This document shows positions 8,339 to 17,226 of a DNA stretch of 32,314 nucleotides, piece by piece. Positions within the stretch are counted from its first letter, which is position 1, and the number at the start of each line of letters is the position of its first letter. This stretch comes from a virus (taxonomy: Duplodnaviria; Caudoviricetes). The notes under the pieces were generated by a model. The model had not been told where the DNA came from. It saw nothing but the letters and a program-made list of their open reading frames with translations, and ran no database searches. The stretch is from IMG/VR virus record IMGVR_UViG_3300017774_005106, positions 1 to 32,314 of that record, one strand, 5' to 3'. A program made the position numbers and the translations under genes.

Positions 8339-10065
8339 CTTACTACTAATTGTTTAATTCCTTGTAATATTGCTACTTTATCTTGATTACCATATCCAAA
8401 ACTATCAAGTATTTGACCTACAATCTCAATCGTATCACTAGACTCTACAGGCGCTCGCGCATTCTTTAGCTTTCTAATATAGATATCAGTTAATTCGGAT
8501 AATTCTGGATCTAATCCTGGTTCGTCTTGCACCTCTTCTGGTTCTGGGACTTCTTGTTGTTTATCCTCTCCTTCTGCTATAGTAGGCATTTGTTCGACTG
8601 CTTTTTTAAAATCTAAATCTTTACCTAACTCAGTTGCTGCATTTTTTGCTCCTCCAAATTTATCAAGAACCTGCTTGATTGCCTGCTTCTTATTACTAGT
8701 AAACATAGATCTAAGCTCTGCTTCTTCCTTGTCTGTAATTTTTTGTTTATTTTTTAGAAAATTTATTGCAACTCCAAAAACCGATGTAAATCCTATTAAA
8801 AACGGTAGAGCAACAAGTAATATACCTAAAGAAAATAGTACCTCATTTACTGGTTTTTTATTTTCATTACCAGCTACTTCCTTAATTGTTTTTCTTACAA
8901 GCCTACGAACTAGCTCTTCCTCTAATCTTTGTCTGTGTTTTGTTTTCATGTATTGTTGTGTTTCGTGTATTAATTGTTGTGCTCCAGGTACATTCAAAAG
9001 TCGTAACGCTTTTACAGCTTCTGCGTGATCTTCTTGCTCCCAATTACTAATCCATTCTAAAAAATCTTTGAAGTCTTTGTATCCTAGTTTTGGTAGAACA
9101 TCCTGACGATCATAGACCAATTGTAACAATTCTGGAATTCCTGCTGATGTAAGTTTAAGCTCATCAATACGCTTTCCAGTGCGTAACCATTCCTTTGCTA
9201 GTGTTAGTTGTCTGTGTATTATTTGAGATTCGCTTAACGGTAGCAACGGATCAACTTTAGAGCTGAATGGTGATCTAATGTCCATAGTGCCTTTTGCTAA
9301 TAATGCTTGTATAATTTTTACTTTTTCTGGATCAATTACAGGCATCTGAACGCGGGGTGGAGCTCCTGGCATAGTAGCCTTTGGCAATTGGTCCGCATTT
9401 TTTGCCATAATTTGCTTTCCTTTTTCTGAATCTCCATTAGCTCCTGGCATTTTCTCTAACGCTTGTTTTATTTGTGCAGCTGTTTTTGGAAAATCACCTT
9501 TGGTTCCATTTTTTAAAGCATCATCAATTATAGTTAATAACTTTTCGCTAGTAAATTCTTTTATATTACCAGTACCTTTATTACCGTTTACTACTCCTAA
9601 TTTTCCTACCGTTATAGCATTTAGTACGCTTACTAGTAGGTTACCTGGTAAATCAATAGCTGTTGTCAATATTGAAGCATTCGGATCGATAAGGTATACT
9701 GCTGCCCATCTGTGATGACCATCCATAATATATGGATTTGAATCAGCCGATACAATTGATTTTAAATCTAAGCCTTCCCATTTACCTGACAAAAGCATGC
9801 CAATGGACATTCCAAACGCATTTACTGGTACAAGCTCTGTTTGAGCTGGTCTCAAGTTTTTTACCGGCGTTGGAAATGGTTTTCCTCCAACAATGTCATC
9901 CTTTGCATCTTTGTCTTCTAGGCCCGCACCAATTATTGCGTTTGATGCATTTTTGTTTTTTACAAAAGTACCTAAGCCAATAGGTTTATCAGTCTTAAAA
10001 ACTTGTTGATCCTCTTTAAGATGGTTTTGAATGGCTTTAAATATATTTTGTTTGTAGGTAGTCAT
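8335..10065 (-). CDS. ParB/Sulfiredoxin-like domain protein with internal TM helix
   Basis: ParB/Srx core signature LRPAQTE...IVSADSNPYIMDGHHRWAA (DGHHRW at 9723-9706); hydrophobic VLFSLGILLVALPFLIGFTSVFGVAINFL near 8760-8845; acidic C-terminal module. Confidence 0.75.
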   Translation of the reverse strand: MTTYKQNIFKAIQNHLKEDQQVFKTDKPIGLGTFVKNKNASNAIIGAGLEDKDAKDDIVGGKPFPTPVKNLRPAQTELVPVNAFGMSIGMLLSGKWEGLDLKSIVSADSNPYIMDGHHRWAAVYLIDPNASILTTAIDLPGNLLVSVLNAITVGKLGVVNGNKGTGNIKEFTSEKLLTIIDDALKNGTKGDFPKTAAQIKQALEKMPGANGDSEKGKQIMAKNADQLPKATMPGAPPRVQMPVIDPEKVKIIQALLAKGTMDIRSPFSSKVDPLLPLSESQIIHRQLTLAKEWLRTGKRIDELKLTSAGIPELLQLVYDRQDVLPKLGYKDFKDFLEWISNWEQEDHAEAVKALRLLNVPGAQQLIHETQQYMKTKHRQRLEEELVRRLVRKTIKEVAGNENKKPVNEVLFSLGILLVALPFLIGFTSVFGVAINFLKNKQKITDKEEAELRSMFTSNKKQAIKQVLDKFGGAKNAATELGKDLDFKKAVEQMPTIAEGEDKQQEVPEPEEVQDEPGLDPELSELTDIYIRKLKNARAPVESSDTIEIVGQILDSFGYGNQDKVAILQGIKQLVVR

Positions 10066-10073
10066 ATCTTTCT

Positions 10074-10081
10074 TATAAGTA
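10074..10081 (-). promoter_or_regulatory. Putative late promoter variant TACTTATA
   Basis: tataagta on + strand, 8 nt upstream of the ATG at 10065. Confidence 0.5.
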
Positions 10082-10124
10082 TTGCAAAAAATAATAAAAA
10101 CACACTTCTACGAATTTTGATGTT

Positions 10125-10643
10125 TTAACTATCTTTTTTACAGTCTTTAGCTGTGTAGTTGTTTACGATTAATTCTAATTGCTTTATTTCTTTATCAATA
10201 TATTGTTCGATTATTTTTTGATCTGGTCCTTGCCATTTTTCAATTCCACCGTTTTCGGTAACGTGTTGGTTTTCCATTGATTGCTCAGAGTAATCTTTTA
10301 ATCCATCTTTTACGTCTTTTAAAAACGCTTTAGCATTTGCACTAACTTTGGCTTTTTCATACTCGTTCCATTTCCCCATTGTTCTAATTTCATGCTCCTG
10401 CCATATGTGACAATCAAAGCATGTTTGATTTATAATCCAAAACTTTTTGTCCCAGTGGGACTTCATTGCATTTCCGCAGTCAGGACACGATAGTGGCATA
10501 AACACCTTCTTTCGCGCATCATCCATCTTTGTATAGGTACGCTTAATACCATTCTTAATAGTCCAGGTTTTATCCCCTTCCATCCACACATCACCTTCTT
10601 TACGTTCTGTGGGTTTATTTCTTGTAACTTCAAATTTTTTCAT
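10125..10643 (-). CDS. Zn-finger hypothetical protein
   Basis: CPDC...CFDC pair; N-terminal KEGDVWMEGDKTWTIKNGIK beta motif; ATGA-coupled to upstream gene. Confidence 0.8.
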   Translation of the reverse strand: MKKFEVTRNKPTERKEGDVWMEGDKTWTIKNGIKRTYTKMDDARKKVFMPLSCPDCGNAMKSHWDKKFWIINQTCFDCHIWQEHEIRTMGKWNEYEKAKVSANAKAFLKDVKDGLKDYSEQSMENQHVTENGGIEKWQGPDQKIIEQYIDKEIKQLELIVNNYTAKDCKKDS

Positions 10644-10945
10644 CGGGGTTGTATATTATATTTTTTTAATACGTCAGCTACGCGTCCGTCAAAGCGTCTC
10701 AAAGCTCTACGTAGTTCTAGTTTAACTGCTTCGGATAGTTTTGCTTGCTCTTCCTTACTACCAACAATACGGTAGAATTCCTTCTCGCCAGTAGAAGACA
10801 TACTGATTGTGAAATGAAACTCTGGCTTTCCTTCTTCTCCTATTTCACTAAACTGCGGATCGTAGTGTAGTGTTATATTTGTTGAGCTGGAAGTTGCTAT
10901 TGCTTCTTTCTTTTCGTTTAGTGGTGTTAATCCTTTTAGTCTCAT
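10640..10945 (-). CDS. Small hypothetical protein
   Basis: Track ORF 10640..11008; more likely start is the ATG at 10945 (MRLKGLTPLNE...), 10 nt after the upstream stop. Confidence 0.7.
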   Translation of the reverse strand: MRLKGLTPLNEKKEAIATSSSTNITLHYDPQFSEIGEEGKPEFHFTISMSSTGEKEFYRIVGSKEEQAKLSEAVKLELRRALRRFDGRVADVLKKYNIQPR

Positions 10946-10955
10946 GTTGTGTGTT

Positions 10956-13202
10956 TTATCTTCCGAATTTAATATAGCCAATAATTTGGTTGAGTGGTGC
11001 AAATGCACCAGTTAATTTATATAGTTTTCCGTTATACTTGAATACAACTCCCTCTGTAGGAACAATTGCATCGAAGCCTCCAATCTTATCTAAGCGTTTT
11101 AGTTGGTGTTTTAAGAATTTCATTGGAGCATCATCGTCTCCCATTTCACTATTGTTTGCTTTTTGCTGAATTGCTTCAATGGCGCTTGCTAGGTCTCCTT
11201 TCATTTGAGCAATAGAATCATTAGGATTAATTGCAACTAATCCCTCCAAGCTTTTTAATACAAATACTCCTAACTTTAAGAAAATATCCTCTACTGGTTC
11301 AACTATTCTTTTCTTTTCGTCTCGCACTGCCGGACCTTTATCTGTATCAACAAACCATTGTAAAAACTCAGGATTAGCTATAGATTGTTTGAGTTGTCGT
11401 AAGTCTGGTGTCTTAAATCCAAACGACCAACGATTAACTATATTCTGTAAAACGTCGGCTGGAACTTCGTACTGATAATCTCTAGCTGCTTTTTTAATAT
11501 AATCTGTCCAAGCGTTTTGGAAGTATAATCCTAACTTACTCGTCTTAGTTAGATTGTATTTTTTTTGGACAGCACTCAGATCAGCAGTAAGCTGTGCTTT
11601 TTGTTTTTCATAGTCAGCAGTCTTTTTTAGACTTACCATATCTGTTGACTTAATATCGTATGTGCTTTGTTTTGTAGCCTTTACTCGTTGCAATGCTTGT
11701 TGTATCTTTGCTGGAGCGTTGGCATCTGAGTTAATAACATTACCCTCATTATCATACTCTTGAATGTTATGCATTCTTAACTCAGTTACACCATAGGCTG
11801 CTACATTCTGACTTGCAGGATGCAATACCTCCATATTAATAAACTTTGTACCATTACCAAAATACTCTTCCTTTTCTGCTGGCGTTAGTTTGTTTATTGC
11901 TGCTTCCATATCACCCATTGCATCTAGGAATGAGTTTTTAACATTGTCTGGTAGATGAGCCATCGATGTCTCCATATCAGATTTTGACATTGCTTTCTCT
12001 GCGGCATTTTTTAGCTGTCCTTTGTTTCTAGCAGATAGCACCTTTCCGTCTTTATAAGTTACCATAAGGTTTTGTCCATCTAACTTTTCCTGAGCGTAGT
12101 CTACTTTACCCGTCAAAGCTGCTTCGATCATATTTTCAATATCCTCAAAAGTTAAATCCGAGTCTTCGTATGGGTGCGCCATATGACCAGCTGCTCCTCC
12201 TTCTGCTAACAGTTTATGCTCTGCTACCATTGCTATTGATGCTGTGTTTTTTCCTGCAAATGAATTTGGAACAACGTAATTCTCTAGTCGAAGTAATCTT
12301 ATAACTATAAAGTATATCATACCTCCTGGAAGCACTGTTGCTGCAATAAGTCCTGCAGACTTTAGCGCTTCTTTCAGTTGGTTACCTACTTTTTCTTTTT
12401 CTTTGGGTGTAAGTTTCTTTTTACCAAGGGCTGCTTGTCCTACTAAATAAAAAGCTTCCCTAGTTTGTCGCCCTTCTTTTGCAATAGATTGTAAGAATAA
12501 CTTAAATCGACCTCTAAGTTTTTGTACAAAATCGGTAATTTGATTTTCAATAATAGTCTTTTCTGTTAGTGTACTTTTTTTTGTTAAAATACTATAAATT
12601 GCTTGTATTTGTGTATCTAACTTAATGCTAGGATAGTTTGTTTTAAAGTTTACAAAGTCGTTTGCTGCTATGTCCGCTCGAAGCTGTGAAGCACTAATTG
12701 GCTGATTATCCTTACCGTCCGTACGTCCTTTATATAATAAAGGTTTAGAACTTTCAAAAGGCAGTTCAACAACTGATACTCCGTTTTTATAATACTTACC
12801 ATCTTTTTGATGTTGAGTTACAAAATCTCGAACTCGATTGTAGTCATCACCTTTACTGCTAGCTCCTAGTGCAATTGTTTCTCCTTGTTTTGCATCATTT
12901 TCAATATACTTGTAAGATGCCATTAACGGACTTGGATATTGTGTTTCTTGAACTTCAATATTAGTAATTCCTGTTAGTAGTATTTTCCAGATTTGTTTTG
13001 CATCTTGTACAGTAATCCCGTCTCGTTCTTTTGGCGTAATTAATATTACTACCTTTTCTACGTTAGGCATATCAGCATACCCTTTTGCTAGCATAAAGTG
13101 TCCTTCATGTGGTGGTTTGAATCCCCCAGGAAGCATAACCTTAACACCGTTGTGTACTTCGTTGAGGATACCTTCAATTAGATACTTAGTTAAACTATTC
13201 AT
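10956..13202 (-). CDS. Multidomain protein: HxGH cytidylyltransferase-like domain + hydrophobic helical linker + ATP-dependent ligase-like (KxDG) nucleotidyltransferase domain
   Basis: N-terminal PGGFKPPHEGH (13130-13098) and ISASQLR (HIGH/KMSKS-type superfamily); C-terminal half from GGAAGHMAHPYED with motif I EKLDG (12089-12075), motif III-like FINMEVL, motif IV EGVVF and motif V-like YKL. Confidence 0.75.
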   Translation of the reverse strand: MNSLTKYLIEGILNEVHNGVKVMLPGGFKPPHEGHFMLAKGYADMPNVEKVVILITPKERDGITVQDAKQIWKILLTGITNIEVQETQYPSPLMASYKYIENDAKQGETIALGASSKGDDYNRVRDFVTQHQKDGKYYKNGVSVVELPFESSKPLLYKGRTDGKDNQPISASQLRADIAANDFVNFKTNYPSIKLDTQIQAIYSILTKKSTLTEKTIIENQITDFVQKLRGRFKLFLQSIAKEGRQTREAFYLVGQAALGKKKLTPKEKEKVGNQLKEALKSAGLIAATVLPGGMIYFIVIRLLRLENYVVPNSFAGKNTASIAMVAEHKLLAEGGAAGHMAHPYEDSDLTFEDIENMIEAALTGKVDYAQEKLDGQNLMVTYKDGKVLSARNKGQLKNAAEKAMSKSDMETSMAHLPDNVKNSFLDAMGDMEAAINKLTPAEKEEYFGNGTKFINMEVLHPASQNVAAYGVTELRMHNIQEYDNEGNVINSDANAPAKIQQALQRVKATKQSTYDIKSTDMVSLKKTADYEKQKAQLTADLSAVQKKYNLTKTSKLGLYFQNAWTDYIKKAARDYQYEVPADVLQNIVNRWSFGFKTPDLRQLKQSIANPEFLQWFVDTDKGPAVRDEKKRIVEPVEDIFLKLGVFVLKSLEGLVAINPNDSIAQMKGDLASAIEAIQQKANNSEMGDDDAPMKFLKHQLKRLDKIGGFDAIVPTEGVVFKYNGKLYKLTGAFAPLNQIIGYIKFGR

Positions 13203-13206
13203 TTAA

Positions 13207-13743
13207 TTATGTGGTTTTTGTATAAATATGCTGTTCACTTATCATAAACTTGAGTTGTTGTAATTCTATTGATTGCTTTTCTACTTTTGAAATTAAATCA
13301 TTTATTATTTTACCTATTGGTACTTGTTTTATATTGTCATACTTTTTTAAGTAAATGTCATCTGCTACAATGTTGCCATCAACAAATACACGATAATTGC
13401 TATACTCACCTTCTTGTGTCGTTTGTCCTACATACAACTTCTCGACAACTCTACGTGAAAGTAAATCTCTTATTTCAATTGTTTTGGATAATGGGTTGAA
13501 CGCCATGTAGTGGGTTACTAAATATATTTGATCATTACGCAATTGTTGATCAACCACTGGTGTACCAGTACGTATTGTGAATGGATTAGATTCACAACGA
13601 TCAAGGATTTGTGTAATATTTTCTCCATTCCATGCTTGATATAGATTTTTTAATCTTATCTTGCCAAGACTTTCTGTAGCCATTAATCCTTGAACTGGTG
13701 GATACGATACTGTACAGTTTCTTATTTTGCTATTATTTATCAT
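13207..13743 (-). CDS. Hypothetical virion-associated protein
   Basis: 178 aa; YRVFVDGNIVADDIYLK beta motif followed by a C-terminal coiled coil, reminiscent of trimeric fibre ends. Confidence 0.6.
   Translation of the reverse strand: MINNSKIRNCTVSYPPVQGLMATESLGKIRLKNLYQAWNGENITQILDRCESNPFTIRTGTPVVDQQLRNDQIYLVTHYMAFNPLSKTIEIRDLLSRRVVEKLYVGQTTQEGEYSNYRVFVDGNIVADDIYLKKYDNIKQVPIGKIINDLISKVEKQSIELQQLKFMISEQHIYTKTT
13221..13228 (-). promoter_or_regulatory. Putative late promoter TATTTATA
   Basis: Exact motif 18 nt upstream of the ATG at 13202, inside the 3' end of the preceding gene. Confidence 0.6.
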
Positions 13744-13745
13744 AG

Positions 13746-15074
13746 TTAAGATGTTGCTAGATTTTCTTCTGCGGCAATGTATTGTGATGGTGTTGTTGGT
13801 TTAATTAAGAGTGGATCTATTGATACACCTATCTTACAAAACTCTACATCGTCAATTATACATCCAAAATAAGTATCGTCAGCTAAACTGCCACTTGCTT
13901 CAAACACTAACTGGGCTGGTGTTCCATATTGTATTACGTTAATATCGTAGTTTTCTATTAGAAACCCTGTGGAAGGATTAACAAAAGAAATTGTAGGAGT
14001 GTTTATAATTCGTACTATATTAGCATCAGGTGGATACCACCCACTGGCTCCAGGTACTCGCCCTACTGGTGTTGGTATTATTGTATTAATGTTGTGAATA
14101 TAAACTAGTAATTGTGAGTTTGAACCGGGATCGGGGAAGTAATCCTCGTTTAGGTCTCTCTTTAACGTGAACTTCACATTGTAGATTCCTCCATTTTCTG
14201 TGAAAAACTGATTTGAGGGTTTGCCATAATAAGTTTGTACCCATATACCAGGTGCGTTAGTTGGTGATGCTACTGATCCAGTTCTAACAGTTGGAAAGAA
14301 TAGTCTACGATTTTTTAATTGTGTTGTACAAAAGTTTCGAGCTATTGATGAGGTAAAACTAGCACTAACATTAAATTCAACTAATGACGCACTTACACTA
14401 GCTCGTGTGATTCCACAACCTCCTGCTAGATCAAAAAACCTACCATCGTTAGATCCAGTAGAGTTAGCTCCGTATGTGATCATTGACGGATTCAAGCCAA
14501 CTATTGGATAAGTTGTAGTTGGTGGTATAAATGCTGTTGGCAATCCGTATGCTTGGGCTGTTGTTTGTAGCTTGGCAGGAAAGTAGAAGGATGATGTTTG
14601 TCCTCTTAAATTGTATCCTACATTTAGCCCAGATCCGGACGCATACTGTATCATCTTAGGCTCATATGCAATCCAGCTACTTGTGACTGGATAGTTTACG
14701 GTTCCGTAACCAAACTCTTTATGTAAAAAACCTTGATTTGTATATGCAAATCGATAGAAACTATTAGCTCTAAGGGCTCCGTCTATAGACTGCGATCTTG
14801 ACATTGATGGTGATCGTACATTCCACAAAAAGTCAGTTGCAGCACTTCCCCACGCTAAAGCACCATCTGTGGCTGTGATTGAAGCTGTGTGTCTTGTCAT
14901 TATTGGATTGGGCATTCCAAAATTATACCAAGAGCCTGACATATCTATATTTTGTCCAGTAAGCGAAAATACGTAATGCTGTGACCATGTTACGTTTAAA
15001 TTAGCGGCTGAAGATGTTTCGCACCATTTATAATAAAAATCAAAAGCGTGTGTAAATATATTTGTCGTTGGCAT
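13746..15074 (-). CDS. Putative virion structural (tail/baseplate) protein
   Basis: 442 aa, Ser/Thr/Gly/aromatic-rich, beta-type; C-terminal beta-sandwich-like segment; coupled to the upstream structural gene. Confidence 0.65.
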   Translation of the reverse strand: MPTTNIFTHAFDFYYKWCETSSAANLNVTWSQHYVFSLTGQNIDMSGSWYNFGMPNPIMTRHTASITATDGALAWGSAATDFLWNVRSPSMSRSQSIDGALRANSFYRFAYTNQGFLHKEFGYGTVNYPVTSSWIAYEPKMIQYASGSGLNVGYNLRGQTSSFYFPAKLQTTAQAYGLPTAFIPPTTTYPIVGLNPSMITYGANSTGSNDGRFFDLAGGCGITRASVSASLVEFNVSASFTSSIARNFCTTQLKNRRLFFPTVRTGSVASPTNAPGIWVQTYYGKPSNQFFTENGGIYNVKFTLKRDLNEDYFPDPGSNSQLLVYIHNINTIIPTPVGRVPGASGWYPPDANIVRIINTPTISFVNPSTGFLIENYDINVIQYGTPAQLVFEASGSLADDTYFGCIIDDVEFCKIGVSIDPLLIKPTTPSQYIAAEENLATS

Positions 15075-15075
15075 A

Positions 15076-17208
15076 TTAGTAAGATTCTTGAGGTGTGGCT
15101 ACCGACACTAGTTGTAGTGTTATTTCGTCTTGACAACCATTGGATGGTATTTCTGTTTTAAAATTTACTGTTAGATCGTTTAGGAATGTAGTAAATTCTG
15201 ATTGTTTTCCTGTATAATCAAAATACTCTATTTTAAAATCGAGCGACTGCGATAGCGCTAGTATGTTTGTTATTTCTTCAGCAAATGGAATTGCAAATTG
15301 TATTAGGTTTGGATTGAATCCAGTTATTGCTATTGGAGAAATTCCAATTTCACTAAGATACGCACTACCAGTTATATTTGCTTGTCTAATAGCTCTTGAT
15401 CTAAATATTGGTCTTCCAAATCCATCCCCATCGGTTTCAAAATCAAACTCAACTCTTCCGTATCTTTTGCTTGTTGAGTTATTGTTTTGGACTTTACCTA
15501 TGTATTTACCAAATCTATTATAAGCACTTGAGTATCTTGTAAGTTCTTGATTTGGATCTTTTAAAAAAGCACGTGGATATGGGTTTGGTTGGTTTGTGTT
15601 TAAGTTAAGAGGATCACTGCCCATGTATATCTCTAGCTCTGTGTTTGGATCTAATGTTAAATTAAATCCTAATGTGTATATTTGATCAGCAGTATAGTTT
15701 TGGTTAACTTTAGTAGTGAGTAGAGCTGAGTGTGTGTAATCAGCATGCAGCGGAAGACTGTCTGATAAGGAGCTGCTTTCTATGCTAGGCATAGTTCCTA
15801 AGTATATTTGGTTTGGAGTTTCAACGCGTTGATCCCAGTATGTGTTGGCTATTAGTTGTTCAGTAAAATGTCCAATCAATCGGGCGTCAACTTCTCTCTT
15901 AGCATATGTTGTCTGGTTTGGATACTCAGCATCTGTGAGATATTCTAAAGAATTCACCACGTGATCGTATATTAGCTTATACTCCCCAGTTGCAATACCT
16001 CTTTTGTAATATGCTTTTAGTCGATATAGCTCACCACTGATTGGTTTAATATCATAAAACGACACCTCTAAGAAAGATTGGCTAACTATTGAGCTTGTTA
16101 CATAGCTTGGATTGTTAGGTAGATAAGCTATACTGCCTGTAAAGTTAGATGCTTGATGTATCTGAAAAGTTGTTGTATACCCTCTTTGCTTACTAACAGA
16201 ATCTAGTGTTCGAACTTCTAATGGTTTTGATAACCTAATTTCATTATTACTAAGCACTTCTACAATATTAGCCGTGTATGTTTGTAGTTGTCCACCAAGG
16301 CTTCCTGATATAGTGTAGTTTGTTGGTATTGTTGGACTGATGTTGGTTGGAACGCTTTGTGCATCATAAAAGCTAAAACTTCCTCCTAGAAAATCCTTTT
16401 TAAAAGATCCAGAAGCTGATTTGAGTACTGTTCCAAATCTATTCGTATAATTACGAAAGTATCCATTCTCAATATCTACATCTTTTGTTCTAGTTGATGA
16501 ATCGACACTGTTTTGTGTTATAGATTTCTGTTCCGGGTTCAAGAGTATTGATTGTATTCGGGTATCTAGTATGTCTTTACTTGATGCAAAGCTTCTATCA
16601 AATCCTTGAAAGTTAGAAGAAATAATACTAAAATCATTAATACTTGAAGTATACACTGAATATGTCGTTCCTATAGTTGAAGAGGATATTTGGCTAATTA
16701 GTGCGCGTTCAGGAACTAGTACTTGTACAATATCTATATTTGGTGCTTGATTAAATATTAAGTCAGCTGTGTTTCTTTCAAACGGTAAAACGTTGAGTGT
16801 TTTTTGCCATCTTAAATTATATCTATCTTGTTGTTGTTGTGGTACTGCCCGACCGCTTTGATTTACTACAGCCTCTCCGACAAAGTACATTGTTGCAACT
16901 CCTTGTGGTGTTGTATCGTACACTTCAAACATAGCGTAATAGTTATTAAACCTATCTACATAGTCTAATAGCTCCACATACATATTATCTCCGTTGACAT
17001 CTAGTAACTCAACATCAATTGATTTACCTATTCTAAGATTCAATCCGTTACCTTTAAACTTTACAATATATCTACCACCACCTACGGATTGTGGAAATTC
17101 AGTAATACTAAAATAGTCTGGAGAGGTGTCACTAGTATCTTCAATATAATACGTTTGTGTATTGTATCCTCTTGGTTGTGGTTTTTTATAAAAAGATAAG
17201 AAGGCCAT
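15076..17208 (-). CDS. Putative virion structural (tail/baseplate) protein
   Basis: 710 aa, beta-rich Ser/Thr/Tyr composition; preceded by TATTTATA. Confidence 0.65.
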   Translation of the reverse strand: MAFLSFYKKPQPRGYNTQTYYIEDTSDTSPDYFSITEFPQSVGGGRYIVKFKGNGLNLRIGKSIDVELLDVNGDNMYVELLDYVDRFNNYYAMFEVYDTTPQGVATMYFVGEAVVNQSGRAVPQQQQDRYNLRWQKTLNVLPFERNTADLIFNQAPNIDIVQVLVPERALISQISSSTIGTTYSVYTSSINDFSIISSNFQGFDRSFASSKDILDTRIQSILLNPEQKSITQNSVDSSTRTKDVDIENGYFRNYTNRFGTVLKSASGSFKKDFLGGSFSFYDAQSVPTNISPTIPTNYTISGSLGGQLQTYTANIVEVLSNNEIRLSKPLEVRTLDSVSKQRGYTTTFQIHQASNFTGSIAYLPNNPSYVTSSIVSQSFLEVSFYDIKPISGELYRLKAYYKRGIATGEYKLIYDHVVNSLEYLTDAEYPNQTTYAKREVDARLIGHFTEQLIANTYWDQRVETPNQIYLGTMPSIESSSLSDSLPLHADYTHSALLTTKVNQNYTADQIYTLGFNLTLDPNTELEIYMGSDPLNLNTNQPNPYPRAFLKDPNQELTRYSSAYNRFGKYIGKVQNNNSTSKRYGRVEFDFETDGDGFGRPIFRSRAIRQANITGSAYLSEIGISPIAITGFNPNLIQFAIPFAEEITNILALSQSLDFKIEYFDYTGKQSEFTTFLNDLTVNFKTEIPSNGCQDEITLQLVSVATPQESY

Positions 17209-17212
17209 ATGT

Positions 17213-17220
17213 TATAAATA
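17213..17220 (-). promoter_or_regulatory. Putative late promoter TATTTATA
   Basis: Exact motif in an 18-nt gap, 4 nt before the ATG at 17208, where structural genes resume after the replication block. Confidence 0.65.
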
Positions 17221-17226
17221 GGACTG

